Assembly: GCA_951406725.2 (NCBI GenBank)
Contig: OX597825.1
Span: forward strand, 21,638,001-21,702,000
Source: Octopus vulgaris
Lineage: Eukaryota
Reading direction: 5' to 3'
Length of the DNA stretch: 64,000 bases
This document shows, one piece after another, positions 28,211 to 41,389 of the stretch. The translations under genes and the position numbers were made by a program. The notes under the pieces are model-generated. The model had not been told where the DNA came from. It ran no database searches and worked only from the letters and a program-made list of their open reading frames with translations. Numbering within the stretch: position 1 is the first letter of the stretch; each line of letters starts with the position of its first letter.

Positions 28211-28893
28211 TGTGTGTGTCTGTGTGTGTGTGTGTGTCTGTGTGTGTGTGAAGGCGCGCGTTCATGATCATAATATCGTGGATGGGAAATGATTAATGCA
28301 GCAGTAATGGTTGATTATTTCTTTAACAATTATTCGCACAAAATGAAAATAACAAGCTAAATATCTGCAATAATCTTTAATGCAAAAAATTACTTAATTA
28401 TTGCTTCATTACGTAAAAGGTTAATGAGTTGTTATAGAACGAAATTTATATGAAGTTCAACATTCTCTATTCTTTATCTTCCATGAAGAAAATGAAAGTT
28501 TTGGTGCATTCACATCGCGCCGGTGGGCCTTTGTTATAAAGAGAAGATTAAAAGTTAGAATGTATAACAATTGTTCATTGTGAATTCCGATTACTTGTTA
28601 GTTTAGGTGTGCTAGTGTTGTTGTTAGAAAAAGTAATTAAGCTCCCTCTAGCTTCGTACTTTAAATCAAAACATTTGCTCCAAATAATAAGGCACTAAAA
28701 GTGAATGACTCTCCCCGGACACAACAGAATTTGCTACAAGTTATGTTAGATATTACGGAGATGTACTTGCATAGCAAGTGATTTGATCTGAGATCGTGTG
28801 CCGAAACGAAAACAATTGCAGCGTGGAAGGTGTTTGTAAGCCATTTAAGAAACACACAAAAGCCGTTCGATTCACTTCAACATTTAAGTTTAA

Positions 28894-28944
28894 TTTGTCA
28901 AAATATTTTCGTCGCTTTGAGACCGCGACCTGTTCACTGACAAA
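28894..28944 (-). ncRNA. Minimal hammerhead-like motif, G3-C8 core
   Basis: Reverse complement: tttgtca GTGAACA g GTCGC ggtctcaaa GCGAC GAAA atattt tgacaaa; 7-bp helix I, 5-bp helix II, palindromic AAUAUU helix III. Confidence 0.62.
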
Positions 28945-29759
28945 AAATCCGTGCTGCCTGTTCACTGACAAAAAATCGTGTTTATGTTAGATATCTTAGC
29001 CAATATTACAGCCTCTGATCCGAATCTAGCAATTCGATAGATTTCCGTGTCTGCAAATTTAAAATAATCGTGGTACTTATGCTGATGGATATCTTCAGAC
29101 CTGTTTCTTTACTCGGCTTCCGTATTCCTTCATTTTGATAGTACCTTCGTTTTTATGTCTAGGACATCGGCAAGATATAGTCCAGTTTCCTTTATTATTG
29201 TCGAGTCCAGAGGAGGGGTTATTGCCTATGACTTTTTGAGCTCTACGAGACCAGCCAGGTTGATATTATTGATGTATCGTTTTAACTGTTCCAAGTCAAC
29301 GTCTGCAAGTAAGACACGAAAACAAGATTCGAGAGGTCTGAACTTCTGGACAGAATGAATTGAGAGTAATGGTTCGTGGGGGGGTGTCCAAGGGTGGCGG
29401 ACGTATAAAGGTTGAAGGTAGCTAGAAAGGTGAGTGTGTCTGAGGCACGAAGTGGTAGAGGTCACCCAGTTTCAGAGAACAAAGGCCATTGTAGTAATAA
29501 ACGATAGAAAAATGAGACGGAGAGGATAGAGGAAAAGGAAAGAGAAATGGAAAGAGAGGTAGAGGTAGAAGGAAAGAGAGATAATGGGAGAGAGGTAAGA
29601 GGGAAGACAGAAGGAAAATGAGGGGGTGAGAGAGGGAGGAAGGGGAAAAGGAAAGAGAGAGGGAGCAAGGGAGAGAGGGAGAGAAGGCTAAAGAGAAGAG
29701 GAGAGAGTGAAATATTACGCTAGTCAGAGGCCGAAGCTTGTTCGTTAGTGTTTGCATAC

Positions 29760-29960
29760 ATACTTAGGAAATTACTAGAGTGGCCTTTCACTTGATGCTG
29801 ACCAAGATGTCTGTGGGTGTGGCACCAGTACAGTATCAGATGGGGAAGCAAACTTCGGTTGTTGGCCTCTGTCGAGCATTGTAGACTGTCAGAAACTGTT
29901 CAGGGTTTAAATATTTTCTAACCCCGAAGAAAAGAAATAGATTTTTGGAACGTAGTCCTA
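29760..29960 (-). pseudogene. Jockey/CR1-group LINE fragment (region C-terminal to RT)
   Basis: FFGVRKYLNPEQFLTVYNARQRPTTEVCFPI resembles ..R.KYF.PEQLL.LYKA..RP..EYC..IW. Confidence 0.6.
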
Positions 29961-30609
29961 GCAATGCCAATAATGTACTTTCGTTAGCAGGGGCAGCATT
30001 GAAGGACCTATTAGTGGGCTCTAGCCGAGTGCTACTCACGTTTAGAGGGATGTAGTGTGCTGGTGTTTCCTTGATATTGATAAGGCTTGAAATGTTTGGA
30101 GTTAAAAGAGACAAGGTTTGCGTGACCTCTCTTGTTGTATCCACAGTAAAAAAAGTTAACACGCCGGAGCGATGAATCTGAAAAGAGCATCAGCTCTTGT
30201 TTATAGAAATCAACAAAAGCACAGACGCGAGCTGAAGCCTGCCAAACTGATAATAATTTATGAGATGGACGCAAAACAGCAATAATCCAAAAGTAACGTT
30301 ACTATTAATTCGCGATATATTTTCGCAAATTCGAACACAAAATATGTTGTCATTGTTGCTTTTCGTCATCAGAGGTGGGTGTCTTCCCTTTATGCGATTT
30401 GTGTTCATAGCAGACGCAATTTACCGGTGCAAGGGGATTTGAAGACATTGCGATGTTTCGACCTTCTTGTGTGTCTCTTTCGTCAAAGATAACTCGCAGA
30501 ACCGATGACTCTAACAAAAGAACGAGCTCTTCTTTAGAAGAATAAGTAAAGAAATGATTTGTCCTACGTGTTCTAATATCTGCTAAACATTTATCTCTAT
30601 CTTTTTCTT

Positions 30610-30846
30610 GTTTCAATCATTAGCCTGCGGCCATGGTACAGCAATGCCTTCAAGGATTTTTAGTCAAGCGACTTATTCTTATCTCTCTCTCTATCTCTCT
30701 ATCAGCGGTGCGACTTATTCTTAAACATGGTACATATTCAATCGGTTCCCTTTGTAGAACCGCTATGTTTTTGGAGAGATAAAGAAACAAACATCCGTTG
30801 TAAAGCGCTGTAGTGGCGGACAAACACAGACACAACAGACACGCAC

Positions 30847-30903
<57 letters not shown>

Positions 30904-30970
30904 ACAGGCTTCTTTGAGTTACCGTCTGCCAGATCCACTCACAAGGTTTTGCTTGGTCTGTGGCTATAGT
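30610..30970 (-). mobile_element. SINE family B, diverged, internal (CA)n
   Basis: ggcttctttgagttaccgtctgccagatccactcacaagg and gcctgcggccatg segments match family B. Confidence 0.7.
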
Positions 30971-31379
30971 TAAAAATATAAAAGAGAACTAATGTCTTGC
31001 ATTAAATAGTTCTGTATGAAATCATTATCAATTGTTACAGGCCAATTTGCCAGGTTACTGTATTCTTTGAAATCACTAAATTTGCTTCCTGCTTCCTGTT
31101 TCTGCTATCTCTCTTTTCTTGAAGTTCTTGACGACTGTGATCATCATCTGCACCTAAACTGTCAACAATTGGTTGATTATTGCTAAACAGAGCACCTCTG
31201 GTTTGTGCACTACCATTGACTTCACTGGTGTTTGCATGGCTGAGTTTCAGTTGCAGGTGATGACAAACTTTTACACATCATTGTAAAATAGTTTGATAGT
31301 TTTTGACATTTAGAAATTTCGTTAGATTGATTTTCCTTGAGTTGGCGTTTCTAGTATCCGCTGAAGTACTTTCTTCAAG

Positions 31380-31605
31380 ACATTGCTATTCCTCTTGGAG
31401 CATAGAACTCTGTGACCAAAAATTCGGGTAATATTTTCATTAGCCACAGCAAGACAGAGATCGATCAAGATAAGGGCCCACAACTTAATATATAACCATA
31501 AATGAAGAATTGTTCATTTTGCACGAGATGGTATTCAAACAATTTTTAAAGTAGATAAAATGCTTCGTTGATGAGCAAATTGTAAGTCCAAAGTTAAAAG
31601 GTAAA
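31380..31605 (+). pseudogene. Possible piggyBac transposase remnant
   Basis: KIRAP and CFVDEQIV..K.KGK resemble piggyBac KIRP and VDEQM.PFKGK motifs; adjacent inverted repeat starts CCCTTT. Confidence 0.35.
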
Positions 31606-31884
31606 CCCTTTCATTGTAACGGTATGAAAATAAGAATTCTTATCTCTGCTATGCTGATGTATTAGTAGACATATTTGACAATGGGAGGGACTGGGCTGAA
31701 GGTTCCAAAATAATTCTTCAAGTAAAGCGAATTATCTGCGAGTCGTTAGAACTTTTATTATTTTGTGCTACTCCGGTGTGGAGTAGCACAAAATAATAAA
31801 AGTTCCCATTGTCAAATATGTCTACTAATACATCAGCATAGCAGAGATAAGAATTCTTATTTTCATACCGTTACAATGAAAGGG
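31606..31884. repeat. Perfect 81-bp inverted repeat enclosing a perfect 26-bp hairpin
   Basis: 31606-31686 is the reverse complement of 31804-31884; 31749-31774 pairs with 31780-31805 (loop ggtgt). Confidence 0.95.
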
Positions 31885-32106
31885 GCAGAAAGAACAGGTG
31901 AACAACTCGTGGATAGACACTGTTTGTCTAGTTTCTGCGTAGGAGTATAATATGACATCCACTAAAACTGGTAACAGCAAGCTGCGTGGCAGAATAGAAA
32001 AACAAAGACAAAAACAAAAATGATAGATTGAAGAAATTAAGTTGCTCAAAGGCCCTGAAGCGCAAGATTCATTAGTTTTGTAGTAGATCTGTCACTGATA
32101 TCTACA

Positions 32107-32147
<41 letters not shown>

Positions 32148-32378
32148 CTAATAATTGAGGGCTGAAGAAAATTATTTCAATGCCAATATGCTGATAACAG
32201 ACATATATCGTCAATTTCCACATATTATTTACCCGCTACAGAAAAAAAACACGAAGAACTGAAATCTCAGCATGTTGGCATTGAAATAATTTTCTGTAGC
32301 CGTAAAGGTATTTTAATATACTGCCACATTTTTTGATGGAATTTTTTTCTGTTAACAAAACTTCATCCTATATTAATA

Positions 32379-32419
<41 letters not shown>

Positions 32420-32422
32420 TGC

Positions 32423-32522
<100 letters not shown>

Positions 32523-33012
32523 GTATGTATGTATATATATAATTGAATTTAATTCATTCTCCTTTCGGTATTAAAATACACTATCTGTAAATGTTATGTC
32601 ACTCTGACAAACTCCTTGAAAATACCAACACCCAAATTAACATAAATACTAACATACATACATTATAAGGTTATATGCAAGTATATACGTGTACGTCTGT
32701 ATGCATGTATGTATGTATGTATGTATGTATGTATGTATGTATGTATGTATGTATGTATGTATGCATCTCTTTCTCTCTCTCTCTATCTGTCTATATATCT
32801 CTCTCTATCTCTATCTGTCTGTCTATCTATCCATTTCGTATGTCATTACTGGTGGCTTACATGTCTGAACCAACCTCGCTGATGACTGCCGCTTACGATA
32901 CCAAATAAACATCGCTTAAACTTTAGCACATCAGCATTTCTCTTCCCCCGCCCCACACAGCTCCTGATGACACCGCATTAGCAGTATCAGTGCTAACCTG
33001 CTGCCGCTTACA

Positions 33013-33092
<80 letters not shown>

Positions 33093-33185
33093 TATTTCGT
33101 GATAAAATTCATATACTTGTTCTATTTTTTTTTACACTCACACCCATACATATCACACATTATAAACACTGCAAGCACAAACACA

Positions 33186-33229
<44 letters not shown>

Positions 33230-33515
33230 TACACATACACACACACAAACACTCACACAAAGAGTGATCTACATACGTACATACTTTCATAGACACATAT
33301 ACATGTTTATATATCTATATATGTATATACACATACACATATATTCATATATGTATGTATATATATGTATATGCGTGTATATGTACACATAACATACACT
33401 CACTCACACACACAAACACACACACACACACATATATATATATACATACGCACGCTCCGTTCAGCTCTATTAACCAATATTCAAAATTCGGTCATTTTTG
33501 TATATATGTCACCAT

Positions 33516-33577
<62 letters not shown>

Positions 33578-34253
33578 TCACTACAGCTGATGCTACAACT
33601 ACTACTGCTGCTGCTACTACTGCTGCTACTACTACCACTACTACCACTACTACAGCTGCTGCTGCTACTACTAATACTACTACTACAACTACTACTACTA
33701 CTACAAATACTACTACTACTACTACTTATATCTCAAGCTCCAATTATCATTGAATCATTAATATTTCTACTATTATTGCTGTATCTGTTTAGCCCCACAC
33801 CAATCCAGGTTGAGTCGACCTATGACTGAACATAATCCTTCCGTGGCCATCTCGCCTTTCCTTTGTAGGTATAATGCATATTAAATTATATACAATATCA
33901 AGAGAGGTATTTGGTTACTATTTCTTTTGGATGTTAGTACCTCTGTCGGTACTGTCATTATCAGCTTACCGTTGTGTTACAATAAAGAATTTATTTTTGA
34001 CATCTGGAGGAATAAGGTGGGCTGCAAAAAGCAGTTATCACTAAAACGGTACCATTATGGCGCCTATATCATGTATAACTATACCTGAATTCACACAGGT
34101 AAGCTCACACATACACATACACAAAAAAGCACGTACGCACACGCACAAATACATACACGCGCGCACAGGGAGGAATACACACAGATAAACAAGATCTTAT
34201 ATATCTTATGTGAAATATATTCATATGCATATATCCCATCAAGTGTATGTGTT

Positions 34254-34292
<39 letters not shown>

Positions 34293-34616
34293 ATGTATGC
34301 ATGCATATATGTGTGAGTGTATGTATGTATGAATGTATGTATGCCTATATATGTGTGTCTGTGTATGTATGAATGTATGCTTATATACGTGTATGTGTAT
34401 GTGTGAATGTATGCCTATAGATATTTGTGTGTGTGTATGTGTGTGTGAATGTATGCATATAGATATATGTGTGCATGTATTTATATATTCATATATGTAT
34501 ATATATATAGAGAGAGAGAGAGAGAGAAAAAAAAAGAGAGAAAGTAATATATATAAATACATACATACATACATACATACATGCATACATACATACATAC
34601 ATATATATATACATAC

Positions 34617-34680
<64 letters not shown>

Positions 34681-35477
34681 GTATATATATATATATACAT
34701 ATATATAGATATAAATATAGATAGATAGATAGATAGCTTGATAGATACATACATACGCACGTACGTACATACGTACATGAAAAAAATCGTGATATGTATA
34801 TATATGTATGCGTGTACGTAGGTGCCTGTGTGCCTAAATATTTCGATCCACACACACACACATTCATGTGTGTATCTGTGCGTGTATATGTACGTGACTG
34901 TTCTCATACATATATAATATCACTCATCACTCGATGTGTCTTTCCAAAACAAATAAAAAATAAAATATTTCATTTTTACTTTTGCAGGCAAAGAAAGAGT
35001 TTTTTTTTTCATTTCACCGTCACATCACCATAACTTCTTGTATTGCTGCTAATCTTAACTACACTCACACCACCGCCACCACCTACGAACACTATACCTG
35101 CCACCCCCGTTACTACTACTACTACTACTAAGTTACTAAGATAAACACATTTGTTTGCTTCGACTGATTATACATACGTATACATAATACATAACACATA
35201 CATGCATTCTATTAAATAAGAGTCGAAAAACATAAACTCGGCGGAAAAGCGACAAACATGACCGAAAAAGATAGATAGATAAAATTTTAAAAAGTGAAAA
35301 AAAAAAAAAAAAACAAAACACGGCGAAAACTAAATATAAACTGTCCAAAAGGCAGTTGTAATGAAAAAAAAATATATATATATATACTAAAATATAAAAA
35401 TAAATTCTAGAGTTTCACAAGAAACGCTGTCGTAAAAACCACAAGAAGGTTTCGGTACTATATTCCTCAAAGCAAAC

Positions 35478-35689
35478 ATGAGTTGCTTAGTGAAATCTTC
35501 AGCAAAATCGCTTTCAAAGTTCTCATTGATTCTATATTTTACGATGCTGTTACAGGACCAATTCTCATCTAATGTTGTGAATTGTTTTACCATAAAAGAC
35601 GAAAAGACGACGTTTAAGAAATGCTTCGCCAAAGTACAGGGAGGTGTTATTGATTTACGATCTTTGAGCGGCGAAGAAGGAGTACCAAG
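35478..35689 (+). CDS. Candidate first coding exon of a secreted or membrane protein with an MRH (mannose-6-phosphate receptor homology)-like start
   Basis: ATG in good context (gcaaacATG), hydrophobic segment FSLILYFTMLL, then CFAKVQGGVIDLRSLSGEEGVPR; strong donor AG|gtaaga at 35690; unique non-repetitive sequence. No downstream exon identified in the window. Confidence 0.55.
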
Positions 35690-35738
35690 GTAAGATTGAT
35701 CGTTCAGTATATATATGTATATATATATATATGTATAT

Positions 35739-35791
35739 ATTTATTTTATAGAAGGAGCTTCTATAAAAGAAGCTCCTTCTATAAAATAAAT
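35739..35791. repeat. Perfect 24-bp hairpin palindrome
   Basis: atttattttatagaaggagcttct ataaa agaagctccttctataaaataaat. Confidence 0.9.
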
Positions 35792-35856
35792 TAATTTACT
35801 CTGCTATGTATTGAGTACCTTATTTACTGTGGTTAACCCCGACTCAACCCGGGACC

Positions 35857-35897
<41 letters not shown>

Positions 35898-36453
35898 TCT
35901 CACACAGACATACGTGTCATGTTGACGGGTAGCGGGGCTTATATTGCTTTCAGGTGTGTATACAATGTGTGAAACGGTTGTTGTTGTTGTTGTTGTTCTT
36001 GTTGCAGGTATATTTCTGTTATTCGCTGTCGGTTGTTGTTTTAAGTTGTAAAATATTGTTCTTGTAACCGCTGTCAATCTGCCAATGATGTTAGTGTTCA
36101 GGAAAAACGCTGGTGAATCCCAGAAGTTTATTTTCCTTCGTGCTATCGACTGCAGACTTATTCTTTCTCTGTCTGTCTGTTTGTCTGTCTGGCTGTCGCT
36201 CTCTCTTTCTATCTCTCTCTCTCGGTCTCTCTCTCGCTCTGTTTGTTTCCCTTCTCTGGCTCTCTCATCTCAATCCTCTCTTTTCTCTGTCTGTATCTCC
36301 TTTTCCCTCTCTGTCATCTCTCTCTCTTTCTGTTAAACATTCTCCCACATGCAATAGGCACGTAGTAGTTTATGTATATTTGTGTATATGTGTCCATATA
36401 TTACATGTATGTATGTATACATACATATATACACACAAGTATCTATGTGTATG

Positions 36454-36527
<74 letters not shown>

Positions 36528-36569
36528 CATACTTACATATGTATGTATGAACGTATGATGCATATTCTT

Positions 36570-37000
<431 letters not shown>

Positions 37001-37009
37001 CATATATAG

Positions 37010-37044
<35 letters not shown>

Positions 37045-37098
37045 TATATGTATTTATATATATATATATATATATATATACATACATATATATGTATA

Positions 37099-37194
<96 letters not shown>

Positions 37195-37691
37195 ATGTAT
37201 ATATTGTCGTATCTATCTATCTCTTTTGTTTTTTTTTTTTGTAATTCTTGTAAAGAATAGTGTCAGCAGTACAACCGAACTTTGTAGCTCGGCTCAGACA
37301 GTTGAAAGTATCGGGTTATCGTATATCATTTCAACTTGAACTCTCATATTTCGATACTTGTAGTGGAAAACGTGAACTGCGAAGAAATAATTCCCCACAT
37401 TTTGGGACCCTTCTCATGAACAATTATTAAGAAAGTGACAATGAAGCTCAATAATGTTGAGGTGAGGAGGGAGGGACCTTTGCATTGGACGCGCCACAGG
37501 AATGTCTCTCCTCCCATTATTTACTTGGACACCATCTACTTCCGGTTCGCATAAGGAGTCTATCTCCTGCTACCTCGTCTCTCCCACCATAGCTTCCTTC
37601 GCCTATATCCTCGAACCAGACTTCCCGGTCATCTCAAGCTTTTCTTCTCTCTTCTCCCCCTTACTCTTTCTATCAACTACTATTACTCAGT

Positions 37692-38035
37692 GGTATGGCT
37701 CAGTGGTTAGAGTGTCGAGCTTACGATCTTGAAGTTGTGAGTTCGAATCCCGGACCGGGCTGCATGTGTTATTGAGCAAGACACTTTATTTCACGTTGCT
37801 CCAGTTCACTCAGCTGTAGAAATGAGTTGCAAGGTCATAGGTGCCAAGCTGTATCGGGCCTTGCCTTTCCCTTGGATAACACTTGTGGCGTGGAGGGGGG
37901 AGGCCGGTATGCATGGGAGACTGCTGGTCTTCCATAAACAACCTTGCCCGAACTTGTGCCTGGGAGGGTAACTTTCTAGGTGCAATCCCATGGTTAGTCA
38001 TAACCGAAGAGGGTCTATTACTACTACTACTATTA
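37692..38035 (+). mobile_element. tRNA-derived SINE family C, near full length
   Basis: A-box tggctcagtgg, B-box gagttcgaatccc, core ttgagcaagacactttatttcac...cactcagctg, (TAC)-type tail. Confidence 0.85.
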
Positions 38036-38567
38036 CTGCATTGATCACTTCCATTACTTCTGCATTGACTAAAACACAACCCAAGCATTGACACTTCGGC
38101 TTATCTCTCTTGTTTTCAGGAAAAGCATGAGGGACGAAACATTGAAATTAGCTATCTTCACGGCAGTTGAACTGTAGAACAGTTTGTATGAAATAATGCT
38201 GAGTTCCGACTCGTAAAGTTTGCTGTTACAGCGAGAGATGTGAAGTGTAGAAACGATGGTTCTGTAGCCATCGTTAGTGTTGTGTTAGCAAGTAAACCTT
38301 TGTCAACAGCTGAATGGTTTCGGAAAATTACCAGCGGTCTGTTACACGGGAAACAAGCCAGCATCAATAGGATCTGTAACTCAGCAACCGGTTAGTGCTG
38401 AAATATATACTGGCATTAAAGAGAGCATCGATGAAATTATCTAATACACCATTTTAAATGATGGGCCCCGTTACTTTTAGCGGTATTATATGTATGTAAA
38501 GAAAATATATTTTAATGTAGATTTCTTCATAGCTGCGCGGTAATAATAATAATTATGTAATTGAATC

Positions 38568-38608
<41 letters not shown>

Positions 38609-38860
38609 ACCGACCAGTCCATCAGAGGTAGTTACACATTGCTGGTCACAATGCGTTCGCATTGCTTTGGCCTTCGAATGACGCCACCCCGCTGGCTAAG
38701 CGAGCAGGCCAATATATATATTTTAGATTAAGATTAAATTAGATGCACCAGAACTTTGTATGGTGTTATCCATATAAATCCATGAGGTGATTATTATCAA
38801 AATAAGCATCAAGAATATCTCCGGTATGTATTAATTACGTATTAATGAGAAACCTCTATT

Positions 38861-38950
38861 AATGGCTGATGATTGCTCAACATTTTAAAACTGATGTAAT
38901 ATTTAAAATATTTAATAAAATGATGTAGCGTGAAACGATCGTACCAAATT
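38861..38950 (+). ncRNA. Type I hammerhead-like motif with extended helix II, inside a 31-bp inverted repeat
   Basis: tgg CTGATGA ttgctcaacatttta...taaaatgatgtagcgt GAAA cgatc GTA cca; flanking IR 38796-38826 / 38950-38980. Confidence 0.6.
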
Positions 38951-39559
38951 ACCGGAGATATTCTTGTTGCTTATTTTGATTATATATATATATATATATA
39001 CGGTATATGTATCATGACCTTAGGTTCTCAGAGATAAAGTTCAAACCTTGGTATGATGTTGGCCTATTATTAGGCTATAATACAAGATCTCATGTATATG
39101 CTGTCGCAATAAGTAGGCCAAATGAAGGGGAGGAGGGTGTACAAAATCAACTATTCTGCCTAATCATACAATGCGTTGTAATTAGAACTAAAACGAGAAC
39201 ATTCACAGAGTTTGCTTGACAGTCTAGAATTATCAGACAAATCGCTCTCAAATCACATCCTACGTTATGAAATACAATGTTTATTCGATAACGTTGGCCT
39301 ACATACACTACGAACGAAACAAAGAAAAAAAAAGATATGATAGTTACGGCTGAAACATTTAATGAAGACAGGACTGGGAGTAAAACAACAACAGCAAAAC
39401 GAAACTCCAGCAGCAGATCGAACTCCAGGTATGTTCGATGGTAGTCTGATGCCTTACCTCAACTTCCAAACATACGAGAAAAAGTAGTAATGAAATTAAT
39501 GTGCTGGGTGATCGAGACATTCGCTTTGTAACTATTTGTTTCCAGTTCAGTCCCACTTC

Positions 39560-39725
39560 ACGGCACATGGGTGTCAGCATCGTGTTCGTAAGATTGTGGT
39601 TTCGATTCCTGGACCAGGCGACACATTGTGTTCTTGAGCAAAACACTTCAGCTGGCAAAAATGAGTAACGCTGCGATGGACTGGTGTCCCGTCCATCTGA
39701 GGAACACATACGCCATAGAAACTAG
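39560..39725 (+). mobile_element. SINE family C, decayed
   Basis: B-box gtttcgattcct and core tgtgttcttgagcaaaacacttc. Confidence 0.65.
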
Positions 39726-39743
39726 GCTTTAAAAGGGCGGATT

Positions 39744-39803
<60 letters not shown>

Positions 39804-40109
39804 CTGTTTCTCAGAGTATCACGTTCCCGTCCGTTGTGCAGCTTTACTAAAATGTATATTACTCTACCTTTGGTATTCGAGTACTGTTTTGTTCATCTTG
39901 TTTTGCACTTATGTGCTCACCTGTATATGTGCGTGTATGGGTGTGAGCGTGTTGTGTTTGTGTGTGTGTCTGCGTTCTCTAGTGTTTGCCCTTCATCCGT
40001 TTGACAATCGATTTTGTTTTGTTCACATCCGATTAACGTAGCGATTTACCAAAAGTGAATATGTACCAGCAGCGTGAGACTAAGTACTAGACAGTTTTTT
40101 TTCTTAAAA

Positions 40110-40338
40110 ATGTCAATGAACAGATTTTTGAAACAGAGCCAACTACCAAGAGACCTAGGGGTAGACCAAAATCGAAATGGTTGGAGAATATTTTTAGTCT
40201 CATTTGATCACACTTGGTAAAACAACGGGAAAATGTAGCACGTTAGTTTCTGATAGGACCCTATGGATGAGGTACCTGAGGATTCTATCCCCAAAATTCT
40301 ACCTGGAACAGCAGATGTCGAAACTTGATGGATGGATA
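40110..40338 (+). pseudogene. RTE-clade LINE 3' end fragment
   Basis: IFETEPTTKRPRGRPKSKWLENI matches RTE C-terminal GKRPRGRP..RW.D.I; DR..W motif and (ATGG) tail follow. Confidence 0.7.
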
Positions 40339-40482
40339 TACAGGGTGGCCCTAAATTAGGTTTACAGTTATCACATAGGTAATTTAAATTTCATTAAACA
40401 GATTATATTACATTTAAATTTTTCTTTTACAATTAACTAAATTAGCATAGAATAAGAATGTCATTTTTTTTTGCAATTTATA

Positions 40483-40895
40483 GGCGTAAGAGTGACTGTG
40501 TGGTAAGTAGCTTGCTTACAAACCACATGGTTGCGGGTTCAGTCCCACTGCGTGGCACTTTAGGCAACTGTCTTCTACTATAGTCTCGGGGCGACCAAAG
40601 CCTTGTGAGTAGTTTTGGTTGACGGAAACTGAAAGAAGCCCGTCGTATATATGTATATATATATATATTTATGTGTATGTATATGTTTGTGTGTCTATGT
40701 TTGTCGCCCCCCAACATCGCTTGACAACCGATGCTGGTGTGTTTACGCCCCCGTAACTTAGCGGTTCGGCCAAAATGACCGATAGAATAAGTACTATTCT
40801 TACAAAGAATAAATCCTGAGGTCGATTTGCTCGACTAAAGGAGGTGCTCCAGCATGGCCGCAGTCAAATGACTGAAATAAGTAAAAGAGTAAAAG
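40483..40895 (+). mobile_element. SINE family B
   Basis: Full head, body, internal TA/TG tract and gtaaaaga tail. Confidence 0.9.
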
Positions 40896-40966
<71 letters not shown>

Positions 40967-41389
40967 TATGTGAATGTTTGTATGTTTGTGCGTGCATCAA
41001 TCCATCCATTCATACATACATACATAGAATAAACGATAAAGCAAAGGTAACGAAATAAATAAACATTGGTGATATCACGTACATAAGCACCAGCAACGAG
41101 TGTTAACATACGACACTTAGCTACCTAGTTGTTATCCAAATTCCATCGCGGGAGCCATATGCGTTTTTCTATATCGTATAAGAGACCTAACACCACTTGA
41201 TGAACCTATCCCACACCCGCCAAAAAAAAAAGGAAAAAATCCAAAAGACGAAAATAAATACTTGTGCACTTTATTTGACTAAGCTATTATGTATAAATAT
41301 TTATTTACGATGTTAATGTACGTAAGGGCGATGGCACTGACTGGTAACGTTATGTTTCGAACTATTTAAACGGAGACATTTGTAATAAT

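Noticed and set aside
30190-30616. Tyrosine-recombinase-like CSNLRKYIA peptide on the minus strand
   Set aside because: Single short motif between stop codons; no other catalytic residues found.
37692-37760. tRNA gene
   Set aside because: Has A and B boxes but no proper acceptor stem and continues into a SINE body; it is a SINE head.
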